Source: Promethearchaeota archaeon (GTDB taxonomy: Archaea > Asgardarchaeota > Lokiarchaeia > Sigyniarchaeales > SOKP01). From it: a DNA stretch of 52,183 bases. Positions 1-10,136 of this stretch are shown here, piece by piece (position 1 is the stretch's first letter; every line of letters begins with the position of its first letter). The notes beneath the pieces were generated by a model. It had not been told where the DNA came from and did no database searches. It saw only the letters and a program-made list of their open reading frames with translations. The stretch spans positions 1-52,183 of the forward strand of contig JBHLLU010000029.1 of assembly GCA_048938895.1 (NCBI GenBank), read 5' to 3'. A program made the position numbers and the translations under genes.

Positions 1-741
1 CCAGCGCCTTTAATGCGATTAATAGAAGTCATTGCTGGTGAAAAATCTTCTGAGGAATCGATGGAAATTGGAATGAATGTAAGTGAAAGTTTACCATGTC
101 TAAGGGGAGACAGGTATGTAGCAAAAGTCTTAAAAGATCGACCAGGTTTTATTGTAAATAGGTTAAATGCTCCAGGCGGCATCTATATGAACTATCTTCT
201 CGATACTTGCTTAGAAAAAGGAATCCCTTTCGAATCTTTAGATGCTGATCTAGGACAACGTGGTCCTATGTCTTCCTTAGTTCTTTCAGATTATACTGGT
301 ATTGATACTGGATATCATATACGAAATTATTATGCAGAAACTCTTCATGAAGACTTCAAACCTGGTAAAGTTATAACTAAAATGTTTAAAGAGGGTAAAT
401 TTGGTAGAAAAACAGGACAAGGTTTTTACGATTGGACAAAAGGACGACCACAACCTGACTTTTCAAAAATTAAAAAGGCAGGGATTGCAAATCCTCAAGT
501 CTTTTTAGCAATTAGATTGAACGAGGGATCTAGAATACTCGAAGAAGGTATAGCATCGGGATGGAAAATAATAGATGATGCTAATATGGCAGGAATGAAC
601 GCTCCAGGGCCTTTTGAAATCGGTATTCCAATTTGGGAAGATCTTGTTAAATTATTAAATGAGTACTCAGAAAAGATGGGGAAAGAATACCTTAAACCAT
701 GTGATTTGTTTAGAAGTGGAAAATTTGTAGATATGAAATAA
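1..741 (+). CDS. 3-hydroxyacyl-CoA dehydrogenase, 5'-truncated by the window edge
   Basis: Frame open from base 1 (PAPLMRLIEV); KDRPGFIVNRL and GKFGRKTGQGFYDW motifs plus a second C-terminal 3HCDH-type repeat. Confidence 0.9.
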   Translation, partial: PAPLMRLIEVIAGEKSSEESMEIGMNVSESLPCLRGDRYVAKVLKDRPGFIVNRLNAPGGIYMNYLLDTCLEKGIPFESLDADLGQRGPMSSLVLSDYTGIDTGYHIRNYYAETLHEDFKPGKVITKMFKEGKFGRKTGQGFYDWTKGRPQPDFSKIKKAGIANPQVFLAIRLNEGSRILEEGIASGWKIIDDANMAGMNAPGPFEIGIPIWEDLVKLLNEYSEKMGKEYLKPCDLFRSGKFVDMK

Positions 742-765
742 TCTTTTTTATTTTTTTTTTTACTT
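742..765 (+). terminator. Oligo-T archaeal terminator candidate
   Basis: Long T tracts directly after the stop codon. Confidence 0.45.
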
Positions 766-792
766 TGTTAGATTATTAGAGGTTTTACTATT

Positions 793-2010
793 ATGTCTCA
801 AGATATAGAAAATGATAAGGACTTGAAGCCTATTAATGTTCTTGCACCAAATGTAGTCTATAGCAACCCTATTAATGATGTACATACTGTTACAGCACCC
901 TTAGCTAGCTGTGGATGGATAGAAACTACTGAGGGTGTTGTACTTATAGATACTCTTTTATCAAGGACTTGGGCTAAAATGGTTCGTGAACAGATTAAAG
1001 ATAAAATTAAATATATCATCTATACACATGGACACCTTGACCATGTAAGAGGTGCAAATGTTTTTATGGATGATAATCCTGAAATCATCGCAAGCAAATA
1101 CCTTCCTGATCGATTAGATAAATATCAAATGTTAGCTCAATATAAAGCAAGAAAAGATGCTCAACAATTTGGTTTTCCAGAGGAGGTTGGGGATTTTGAT
1201 GCAATATATCCTACCAAAACGTTTCTAGGAGATTTGACTATAAAACTTGGTGATAAGACCTTTGAGCTTCACACGGCAAGGGCAGAAACAGATGATGCTG
1301 TATGGGTATTTGTGCCAGAATTGAACGCAGCATTTATAGGTGATTTAATTATTAGGAGTTTTCCGAATGTAGGAAATCCCTGGAAACCAACTCGTTTTGC
1401 TTTGGATTGGGCAAAGGAATTAGAAAGAATCAGAGAATTAAAACCTGAATATATCTTTTATGGTGGCGGAGGTACTATGTCTAAAGGCAAAGAAGCCATG
1501 AAAATTTTAAAAGATAACATAGAAGTTATTCGTTCACTTCACGACCAAGTAATTGAACATATTAACAAAGGAACCCATATAACAGAAATGATCCATCAAG
1601 TAAAAATACCAGAGCATCTGTTAAAAAGTCCTTATCTTCAAGCCAGTTATTCTCGGCCTGAATTTTTTGTATTTAACGTTTACCGCTGGTATCACGGCTA
1701 TTTTGACGAGAATATAAGCCATCTTCTTCCTAGACCAGAAAAAGAAGTCATGGGGGAATTATATAATCTCATAGGAAGCCCAGGTAAAATCCTAAAGAGA
1801 GCACAGGAACTCTTAGATCAAGACCAAGCGCAACTTGCCTTAGAAATATTAGATGTATTAATTCAAGTTGAATCAGAGAATATTGATGCAAGAAAGATGA
1901 GAATTAAACTCCTAGAAAAAATTGCCAAAAAGGATTATTGCTTGATGTCTAAGAATGCGTGGGTTTATTTTATGAATAAAGATAAAGAGTTTATTAAATC
2001 AAAAGATTAA
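793..2010 (+). CDS. Metallo-beta-lactamase-fold alkyl/aryl sulfatase-like hydrolase with dimerisation domain
   Basis: THGHLDH motif, AETDD, FIGDL, and C-terminal YHGYFD plus helical region typical of SdsA/BDS1-like proteins. Confidence 0.8.
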   Translation: MSQDIENDKDLKPINVLAPNVVYSNPINDVHTVTAPLASCGWIETTEGVVLIDTLLSRTWAKMVREQIKDKIKYIIYTHGHLDHVRGANVFMDDNPEIIASKYLPDRLDKYQMLAQYKARKDAQQFGFPEEVGDFDAIYPTKTFLGDLTIKLGDKTFELHTARAETDDAVWVFVPELNAAFIGDLIIRSFPNVGNPWKPTRFALDWAKELERIRELKPEYIFYGGGGTMSKGKEAMKILKDNIEVIRSLHDQVIEHINKGTHITEMIHQVKIPEHLLKSPYLQASYSRPEFFVFNVYRWYHGYFDENISHLLPRPEKEVMGELYNLIGSPGKILKRAQELLDQDQAQLALEILDVLIQVESENIDARKMRIKLLEKIAKKDYCLMSKNAWVYFMNKDKEFIKSKD

Positions 2011-2096
2011 TGTTTCAATGTGTTAAGTTTTCCCAACAGAAATAAATTAAAATAATTACCTTAAATAAAAATGAAGATGTTGATTAATTATAACTG

Positions 2097-3161
2097 GTGA
2101 TTACTATAAAACCTATAAATAAATTTAAAACTTATAAGTATGATGCCGCACCTTTTTTCTTCTTTATAGATATATTCCCTCCAGAATATTCAAACATCAA
2201 TAAACCTAATTTAGCTAATTTAATTAATACTATTGGAGATAATCCCATAATGCCACTTCCAATGAGAGTGGATCGTGTATTCAATGGTGAAAGATCGGTT
2301 CTGATACGCCCAAGAGAGCCTATTTCGTTTCCTATAACGAATGATCAAACCGCAATTATCGATCCCCTTCCATTTCTTCAGCAAGGGTTTGTAAAATTAT
2401 TATATTTTACTGAAATCAGAGCTCGTGAGCAATTTTTTCTATCTTTACGAATTGAGCGAGTTTTGCAATGGTGGAATTCTACAAAATTCCAATTTGCATT
2501 TCTTTCGATGTTAGAGGATGATTTCTCAGCTTTTTTAAGAGCTTATTTGCATACAATTATTAAAGCAGCAAAACTTAATGAAGATCTTCTTGAAGCTGCA
2601 AAGCAGTATTGTCAATTAATAGCAGATATTTGCAAAAAAAGAATGGAGCAAAATTTCATTATCACTGATATAAAAGGAGAACAAAAAAGTGTGAAAATGT
2701 ATAAAATAAAAGAAATGACCTATTATAGAAAATTTAAACGTTCACAAGAAACTGAATATCATCCTGAATTAATAGATATAGAAATTCATGATCTTACAAA
2801 TATTGGCTTTCCTGCGGCTAAAGAAAATGAATTTAGTTCTTTGAAAGCTATGAAAACTACCATTATAAAATATATCCCATTGCTATTTTATGATGATTTG
2901 CTGGAATGTATGCTCCAAGATTTAAAGAGAATTGAAGAAAATGATACAGACCTTTTAGATCCTTCTTATCTTCTGGATAGAAATATAATAATTACCAAAA
3001 ACTCAAAAGATCTAGAGGAAAGTAATATTGAGGAATATTCTTGGTGGAATAATTTTGATCCTCTCAAATTTGAACCAATTATAAATTCAATTAGTAAAAC
3101 ACATGAAGAATTTGTACGCACTTTAGATCTTGAGAAAAAGTTCACTGTAAATCAACCTTAA
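2097..3161 (+). CDS. Hypothetical protein
   Basis: 354-aa ORF with no motif recognised; the start could be ATA at 2106 behind GGTGA. Confidence 0.75.
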   Translation: MITIKPINKFKTYKYDAAPFFFFIDIFPPEYSNINKPNLANLINTIGDNPIMPLPMRVDRVFNGERSVLIRPREPISFPITNDQTAIIDPLPFLQQGFVKLLYFTEIRAREQFFLSLRIERVLQWWNSTKFQFAFLSMLEDDFSAFLRAYLHTIIKAAKLNEDLLEAAKQYCQLIADICKKRMEQNFIITDIKGEQKSVKMYKIKEMTYYRKFKRSQETEYHPELIDIEIHDLTNIGFPAAKENEFSSLKAMKTTIIKYIPLLFYDDLLECMLQDLKRIEENDTDLLDPSYLLDRNIIITKNSKDLEESNIEEYSWWNNFDPLKFEPIINSISKTHEEFVRTLDLEKKFTVNQP

Positions 3162-3316
3162 ATGAGTTTAATTAATCTTTAAATCAAATGCATTGTGGGA
3201 GTTCAAAATTGAAATAATAGTTATAGTTTATTTAACTCATTAATAATCAATCTTAAATGATATAACTATCTATTTTTGTTTTAAGAATGTATGAGATGCT
3301 TATAACAATTTTGTAA

Positions 3317-4450
3317 ATGTTGTACAAGAAGGAAAGACCAGCAGTCTTAATGTTTAAGAATGGAAAATACTTCGAGGGTATTGGATTCGGAGCCTCAAAA
3401 ATTGTAACTGGAGAATTAGTTTTCAATACAATGACAGGTGCAGGTTATAATGAGACCCTGACAGATCCTTCTTATCAAGGCCAAATTGTGGTAATGACTC
3501 ATCCTCTCGTTGGTAATTATGGTGTGCCTGCATGGAAAAAAGATGATTACGGAATTCTTAAATATTTTGAATCAGATTCCATAAAAGTCACCGGATTTAT
3601 CGTCAATGAATGCTGTAAACAGCCTAGCCATTACCAAAGTGTGAAAACATTAGATGAATTTCTATGTGAGGAAGATGTACCCGGAATCGAATGGATTGAT
3701 ACTCGAGCGATAACAACAATCTTGAGAGAACAAGGCGTTCAAGTAGGGCTCTTAGCTGTTTTTGAATCAGGAGAAATTCCAAACATAAATGAACTGCAAG
3801 AAATTGTTAAAAAAGCTGAAGATCCTAATTTAAGACATTTAGTTAGTGAAGTCTCGACCAAAAGCATTCAAAAATTTTCCCCTTCGAATCCGAAGGGTAG
3901 AATAGTAGTATTAGATTGTGGTGTAAAACTTAATATACTAAGAAATTTCTTAGCAAGAGGACTTGAAATTGTTTTAGTGCCATATAATTATGATTATGAG
4001 AAGATAATGTCGTACAAACCTGATGGGGTTTTTATATCAAATGGTCCTGGAGATCCTGATATGTGTGTAAATGCAATTAATGTCTGTAAACAATTAATTC
4101 AGAATAATATACCAACTTTTGGGATCTGTTTGGGCAATCAAATTCTAGGGATTGCTGCGGGGGGATACAAATATAAATTGAAATATGGACATAGAGGGGG
4201 AAATAAAACCGTAATAGATATCAACACCAATCGATGTTATATAACATCACAGAATCATGGCTTTTGTGTAAAAGATTTTGAGAATAATGGTTTTAAAGAG
4301 TTTCTGAAAAATGTAGACGATGATACTAATGAAGGGTTAGTTCATAAAAGTAAACCTATTATTGCAGTTCAATTTCATCCAGAAGCATGTCCAGGACCTT
4401 TAGATTCTTTATATTTATTTGATAAATTTATCGAACTAATGGAGCTATAA
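3317..4450 (+). CDS. carA: Carbamoyl-phosphate synthase small subunit
   Basis: GELVFNT, TDPSY, SNGPGDP, GICLG, SQNHG, QFHPEA motifs. Confidence 0.97.
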   Translation: MLYKKERPAVLMFKNGKYFEGIGFGASKIVTGELVFNTMTGAGYNETLTDPSYQGQIVVMTHPLVGNYGVPAWKKDDYGILKYFESDSIKVTGFIVNECCKQPSHYQSVKTLDEFLCEEDVPGIEWIDTRAITTILREQGVQVGLLAVFESGEIPNINELQEIVKKAEDPNLRHLVSEVSTKSIQKFSPSNPKGRIVVLDCGVKLNILRNFLARGLEIVLVPYNYDYEKIMSYKPDGVFISNGPGDPDMCVNAINVCKQLIQNNIPTFGICLGNQILGIAAGGYKYKLKYGHRGGNKTVIDINTNRCYITSQNHGFCVKDFENNGFKEFLKNVDDDTNEGLVHKSKPIIAVQFHPEACPGPLDSLYLFDKFIELMEL

Positions 4451-4454
4451 TTAA

Positions 4455-7400
4455 ATGCCCTTAGATAAAACTATAAAAAAAGCATTAGTCTTAGGTTCTG
4501 GAGGGATTCGTATTGGTCAAGCGGGAGAATTTGACTATTCTGGAAGTCAAGTCTTAAAAGCTCTAAAAGAAGAGGGAATTACAACTATTTTAATTAATCC
4601 AAATATTGCCACAATCCAAACTGACCCAGAATTATCTGATCGAGTTTATTTATTGCCTATAAGCCTCAAATATGTAGAAGAAGTTATTAAAAAAGAAAAG
4701 CCTGATGGCATTTTATTATCCTTCGGAGGTCAGACCGCATTAAATATGGGAGTTGAACTAAAAGAAGCGGGAATTTTTGAGAAATATCAACTTAAAGTGC
4801 TAGGTACTCCGATTGAGGCAATAGAAGCAACTGAAGACCGAGATCTATTTGTTAAAGCAATGGAAAAATCAGAAGTTAAAGTATGTAAAAGTCAAGCGGT
4901 AAGTTCTTATATGGATGCTTTAAAGGCGGTAGAGGAGATTGGATTTCCTTGTATGATTCGAGTAGCTTATACTTTGGGTGGTAGAGGCTCTGGTATAGTT
5001 AATAATATGAATGAATTTGAAAGAATGGCAAAGAAAGGTTTAGCTCAATCCAGGATTAACCAGATCTTAATTGAAGAAAGCATCTGGGGATGGAAAGAAA
5101 TTGAATATGAAGTGGTTCGAGATTCTGAAGATAATTGTTTTATCAATTGTAATATGGAAAATTTTGATCCTGTTGGATTACATACAGGAGAATCTTTAGT
5201 AGTGAGTCCTAGTCAAACTCTTACCAATGAAGAGTATCAAATGCTTCGTTCTGCTTCAATAAGAGTTATTCGTAACCTTGGCATTATTGGAGAATGCAAC
5301 ATTCAGTATGGATTAGACCCGTTTTCAAAAGAATTTAGAGCAATTGAAGTGAACGCACGTTTATCGAGGTCCTCAGCATTAGCTTCTAAAGCGACTGGAT
5401 ATCCATTAGCTTATATAGCAGCAAAATTAGCTATAGGGTATACGTTACCAGAATTAAAAAACAAAATAACAGGGGTTACAACAGCCTGTTTCGAACCCGC
5501 ATTAGATTACCTAGTACTCAAAATTCCAAGATGGGATCTTACTAAATTTCAAAAAGTGGATCGTAAACTTGGTTCTCAGATGAAGAGTGTAGGTGAAGTA
5601 ATGGCAATAGGCAGAACATTTGAAGAGGTTTTACAAAAGGCGATAAGAATGCTTGATATTGGTATGAAAGGATTTGTTGCGAATGAATTAGAGCCGATTG
5701 AAGATGTTAATGAGTTAAAATATGCCTTAAGAAATCCTACAGATTTAAGAGTATTTAGATTAGCTGAAGCAATTAAGAGGGGAATTACTCTTGATGAAAT
5801 TTACCGCCTCTCAAGGGTAGATAAATGGTTTCTACACAAATTAAAGAATATTATTAACGTTGAAAAGAACCTGGAAAAATTAGACCTGTTAGAATCCACA
5901 GATACAGAAAAAAGCTATTGGTTTGAAAGGGCAAAAAGATTTGGATTTTCTGATGGTCAGATTGGAACCATAATGGGTGTTGATACAATTTTTATTCGGC
6001 AATTAAGAAAAAAATTAGGAATTCAACCATATGTAAAAAGGATTGATACTCTTGCTGCGGAATGGCCAGCTATAACTAACTACCTATACCTTACATATAG
6101 TGCTTCTGAACATGATATAGATTTTGAACATGAAAATAGTTCAAATATTCAAAAAGTTATTGTGTTAGGTTCTGGTACTTACCGTATTGGTGCTTCAGTA
6201 GAATTTGATTGGGGATCAGTTAACTGTTTATGGGGATTGAAAAAATTAGGAATTGATCAAGCAATTATGATTAATTACAATCCTGAGACTGTTTCAACTG
6301 ATTATGATATATCAGATAAACTATACTTTGAAGAAATTTCTGGTGAGAGAGTACTGGATATTTGTGAACTTGAAAAGGCAAATGGGATTGTAGTTTCTGC
6401 GGGAGGACAAATCGCTAATAATTTGGCTGCTAAAATAACAAAATATTCTGAATTCTTTAGAAAAACTAATTTAAAAATACTTGGTACTCATGGTTCAAGA
6501 ATCGATATGGCAGAAGACAGAAGTAAATTTAGTGGTTTACTAGATCAGCTAAATATTAAACAACCCGAATGGAATGCTTTAATAAATAAGAAGGAAGCGT
6601 TAGAATTTGCAAAGAAAGTGAAATATCCGGTTCTTGTGAGACCTTCATATGTGTTAAGCGGAGCTGCTATGAGGGTTTGCTATGACGAAAAAACTTTACA
6701 AGATACTCTAGATCTTGCAGCTTCCGTATCTAAAGAATATCCAGTAGTAATTACCAAATTTTTTACTGATGCAAGAGAAATTGAATGTGATGGTATCTGC
6801 GATGGTACTAATGTACTAATAGGAGCAATAGTTGAGCATATCGAAAATGCAGGAATTCATAGTGGAGATGCAACAATGTCAATCGGATTTTATACGGTTT
6901 CAAATGAAGTAATCAGAAAAATCGAAGAATATACAAAGAAGATCGCTATAGCATTAAAAATCCAAGGTCCCTTTAATGTACAATACCTAGTAGAGAATGA
7001 GGAAGTTTTTGTAATTGAGTGTAATTTACGTAGTTCAAGATCAATGCCTTATGTCTCAAAAACACGAGGTATAAACCTCATGAGATTAGCAGCAGAAGTA
7101 ATAATCGGAAATTCCATTCCAGAAAGATTACTTAATCTTCCATACGGAAATTATGTAGGAATTAAGGCCCCAATGTTTTCTTTCTTAAGGTTAGATAAAG
7201 CAGATTTTCGACTTGGGGTTGAAATGGCATCCACAGGTGAAATTGGCATCATAGGAGAAGATTTTGAAGATGCTTTAATTAAAGCTTTAGAAGCGACTGA
7301 TATGCGTATTCCTGTGGAAGGAGGAAATGTCTTGATTTCAGTAGGAGGAGAAGAATTAAAAAAACAGATAATCCCATTAGCGAAAAAATTAAAAGAAATG

Positions 7401-7766
7401 GGATTTACAATATTCGCAACAGAAGATACTGCTTTAGCATTAAAAAATAATGGAATCTTTGCTGTAAAACTTTATAAAATTCACGAAGCCGGAATGGAAC
7501 CTAATATTTTGGGCTGCCTTCAAAATGGAGCAATAGATATAGTAATTAACATTCCATTACCCACTACAGTTGAAGAAAAGTTTGCCACTATTATTGAGGA
7601 TGAATATAAAATTCGAAGGATGGCGGTAGATTACAATATTCCTGTTATTATAAATTTACAACTAGCTAGAGCTATAGTAGATGCCATAGAAAAAGTTAGA
7701 AGGAAAGAAATTGATGTTAAATCTCTCAATGAATACCATAAAACCTTAAAAGAAATTTATTGGTAG
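4455..7766 (+). CDS. carB: Carbamoyl-phosphate synthase large subunit
   Basis: IGQAGEFDYSGSQ, two ATP-grasp halves, C-terminal MGS-like domain. Confidence 0.98.
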   Translation: MPLDKTIKKALVLGSGGIRIGQAGEFDYSGSQVLKALKEEGITTILINPNIATIQTDPELSDRVYLLPISLKYVEEVIKKEKPDGILLSFGGQTALNMGVELKEAGIFEKYQLKVLGTPIEAIEATEDRDLFVKAMEKSEVKVCKSQAVSSYMDALKAVEEIGFPCMIRVAYTLGGRGSGIVNNMNEFERMAKKGLAQSRINQILIEESIWGWKEIEYEVVRDSEDNCFINCNMENFDPVGLHTGESLVVSPSQTLTNEEYQMLRSASIRVIRNLGIIGECNIQYGLDPFSKEFRAIEVNARLSRSSALASKATGYPLAYIAAKLAIGYTLPELKNKITGVTTACFEPALDYLVLKIPRWDLTKFQKVDRKLGSQMKSVGEVMAIGRTFEEVLQKAIRMLDIGMKGFVANELEPIEDVNELKYALRNPTDLRVFRLAEAIKRGITLDEIYRLSRVDKWFLHKLKNIINVEKNLEKLDLLESTDTEKSYWFERAKRFGFSDGQIGTIMGVDTIFIRQLRKKLGIQPYVKRIDTLAAEWPAITNYLYLTYSASEHDIDFEHENSSNIQKVIVLGSGTYRIGASVEFDWGSVNCLWGLKKLGIDQAIMINYNPETVSTDYDISDKLYFEEISGERVLDICELEKANGIVVSAGGQIANNLAAKITKYSEFFRKTNLKILGTHGSRIDMAEDRSKFSGLLDQLNIKQPEWNALINKKEALEFAKKVKYPVLVRPSYVLSGAAMRVCYDEKTLQDTLDLAASVSKEYPVVITKFFTDAREIECDGICDGTNVLIGAIVEHIENAGIHSGDATMSIGFYTVSNEVIRKIEEYTKKIAIALKIQGPFNVQYLVENEEVFVIECNLRSSRSMPYVSKTRGINLMRLAAEVIIGNSIPERLLNLPYGNYVGIKAPMFSFLRLDKADFRLGVEMASTGEIGIIGEDFEDALIKALEATDMRIPVEGGNVLISVGGEELKKQIIPLAKKLKEMGFTIFATEDTALALKNNGIFAVKLYKIHEAGMEPNILGCLQNGAIDIVINIPLPTTVEEKFATIIEDEYKIRRMAVDYNIPVIINLQLARAIVDAIEKVRRKEIDVKSLNEYHKTLKEIYW

Positions 7767-7874
7767 TTCAAATTCATTTTTGGTTCACTTTTTTATTAAT
7801 AGAAATCTTGAAAAATCTTGAAAATTTATTCCATTTTATTATTAATCTAACGAATTAATTTGGGTGTCACTTAG

Positions 7875-8159
7875 ATTTATTATCGTGGGTACATTCTAAT
7901 TCGATTAAAAATCATCGGGACTCAATGGAAAGTCACAGAAAAACTTAAAGGATTAAAATCCAAGAATTCAGGAGAAGATTGGGAAGTAACTTATGCTACG
8001 CCTATTTACGGTGGTTGGGATTTAATGGTTGAATGTAAATTCCAGAGCTTAGAAGATTTAGACAAAATAATTACATTTTGTAGAACAGATGATGATTTAA
8101 GCCAGTGGATTGAAGCTACAACAACTCTGATTAGTACTAAGAAGAATTATCCTTTTTAG
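7875..8159 (+). CDS. Stand-alone Lrp/AsnC ligand-binding (RAM) domain protein, probable ATT start (not in ORF track)
   Basis: 94-codon frame IYYRGYILIRL...PIYGGWDLMVE...DLDKIITFCR...IEATTTLIS; in-frame TAG at 7872; GGTG SD-like element about 8 nt before ATT. Confidence 0.75.
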   Translation: MYYRGYILIRLKIIGTQWKVTEKLKGLKSKNSGEDWEVTYATPIYGGWDLMVECKFQSLEDLDKIITFCRTDDDLSQWIEATTTLISTKKNYPF

Positions 8160-8285
8160 ATTAATTTAAACTTTTTGTCTACTATTCAATTTCTCTGAAA
8201 CATATCAAAAAACTCATTAATTATCAAGTATTTCATCAAGAATAGTGTTACTAAATTTCACTACCATAATTGTCGGCATATTTTA

Positions 8286-10133
8286 ATGAGAAATAATATA
8301 GCAAGGAATACTCAGCAGCAACGAATTGTTGAGTTCTCACCCGGAAAAGACCCTTTTGAAAAGGCTCGTCAAAAAGGATCACGAAGTTGGATTTATAAGC
8401 ATCTTTTTTATAAATCAAACAAGTATCTGATATTTATTGTATTATTTACAACAATTTTAACATCAAACCTATGGTCTATTTCATCAATTCTAATCGGAAA
8501 TGCTATTAATGATTTCATTTTAGGTAAAACCTCTTCCTTAATTTACTATACTGTTTTTATTTTTTTGTTGAATATTGGGTCCCCTTTTATAAGGATGTTG
8601 AGCTTCGCTTTAAGAGAAGTTATAGCCCATAGGATGGAAAGAGACTGCAGAAGAGAATTCTATACTAATCTTTTAGGTAAAAGCCAATCTTTTCATGAAC
8701 AAATTCAGATTGGTGAGCTGATGGCTCTTGCAACGAATGATGTTCGTATGCTCAATTTTCTGATAAGCCCGGCAATCTCCTTAATTTTCGAATCATTCAC
8801 CGCGTTAGTAATTCCTCTCTTTTATATAATATTTATTCCATATTATCCCATTCAATTATTACTTGCTCCAATTTTGTTTGCAGTTTTTTTCCTAATTTCT
8901 TTGAGATCATATGTTAAGAAGCTAACTCCAATTTCCTTTCAACTTAGAGGATTTTTTGCTGGAATGAATACTACTTTAAACGAAACTCTTACAGGTATTG
9001 AAGTTGTTAAATCTACAGTTCAAGAAGCTGGTGAATTAGAAAAGTATATATTAAATGCAAGTGGATATCGAGACGCCTTTATTAAACAAGGTCGTGTCCA
9101 AGCAAAATATTTCCCCTTTTTGGTATTGGCTTTAACTATTACACTTGGTTTGACTCATGGGATTATTTTAAATTTTACAATTGGCTTTTATATAGGTTAT
9201 ATTATTGGCTATACTGCTCTTTTAAGGCAACTAGGATTTCCAACACAAATTTCCATCTTTGTCTTTGCAACTGTTAGGGTTGCTATTACCAGTGCTCAAA
9301 GACTTATCACTTTGATGAATCGAGAGACTGAAATTGATGAAAATATTAAGGGAACTGCAAAATCTATAAATGGGGGAATTGAATTCGAGAATGTTTCATT
9401 CACTTATCCCGGAAGTGATAAACCTGTACTTAAGAATATCAATCTTGAAGTAAAACAAGGGCAAACAGTAGCTATTGTAGGTACAACAGGTTCAGGAAAA
9501 ACAACCTTGACTAAATTGCTCTCTCGTTTATATGATGTTGACAAAGGCAGAATATTAGTTGATGATATTGATATTCGTGACTATGCTTTAGAATCTTTGA
9601 GGAGTCAAATATCATATATAGAACAGGATGTTTTCTTGTTTTCAGACTCAGTATTCAATAATATTTCTTTTGGTAGGACTTCTTCTAAAGAAGAAATAAT
9701 TCAAGTAGCAAAAGAAGCACAAGCTCACGATTTTATCTGTGATTTACCTAATCAATATCAATCAGAAGTTGGAGAAAGAGGAGTCCAATTGAGTGGTGGA
9801 GAAAGACAAAGAATAGCAATAGCTAGAGCCTTTCTCTCTGATCCAAAAATTCTTATCTTGGATGATTCAACCTCTTCAATAGATTCGAATACAGAAGATA
9901 AAATACAAAGAGCAATTCAAAATATTCTCAAAGATAGAACTACACTTCTGATTACTCACAGGCTTTCACAGATAAGGTGGGCTGACTTGATAGTAGTTTT
10001 AAAGAAGGGAGAGATAGCAGCTATGGGAACTCATGATGAACTTTTATCTACTTCAGAAGAATACAGAAAAATATTTATCAAAAAATTTGATATCGATGTT
10101 GATAAGTTGATTAAACAGGAGGAGGTTTTTTAA
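8286..10133 (+). CDS. ABC exporter TMD-NBD subunit, degenerate catalytic base (heterodimer partner 1)
   Basis: GTTGSGKT, LSGGERQR, Walker B ILILDD (Asp in place of Glu). Confidence 0.93.
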   Translation: MRNNIARNTQQQRIVEFSPGKDPFEKARQKGSRSWIYKHLFYKSNKYLIFIVLFTTILTSNLWSISSILIGNAINDFILGKTSSLIYYTVFIFLLNIGSPFIRMLSFALREVIAHRMERDCRREFYTNLLGKSQSFHEQIQIGELMALATNDVRMLNFLISPAISLIFESFTALVIPLFYIIFIPYYPIQLLLAPILFAVFFLISLRSYVKKLTPISFQLRGFFAGMNTTLNETLTGIEVVKSTVQEAGELEKYILNASGYRDAFIKQGRVQAKYFPFLVLALTITLGLTHGIILNFTIGFYIGYIIGYTALLRQLGFPTQISIFVFATVRVAITSAQRLITLMNRETEIDENIKGTAKSINGGIEFENVSFTYPGSDKPVLKNINLEVKQGQTVAIVGTTGSGKTTLTKLLSRLYDVDKGRILVDDIDIRDYALESLRSQISYIEQDVFLFSDSVFNNISFGRTSSKEEIIQVAKEAQAHDFICDLPNQYQSEVGERGVQLSGGERQRIAIARAFLSDPKILILDDSTSSIDSNTEDKIQRAIQNILKDRTTLLITHRLSQIRWADLIVVLKKGEIAAMGTHDELLSTSEEYRKIFIKKFDIDVDKLIKQEEVF

Positions 10134-10136
10134 ACA

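Noticed and set aside
7801-7824. AAATCTTGAA tandem duplication
   Set aside because: Only two short copies, likely slippage; not CRISPR
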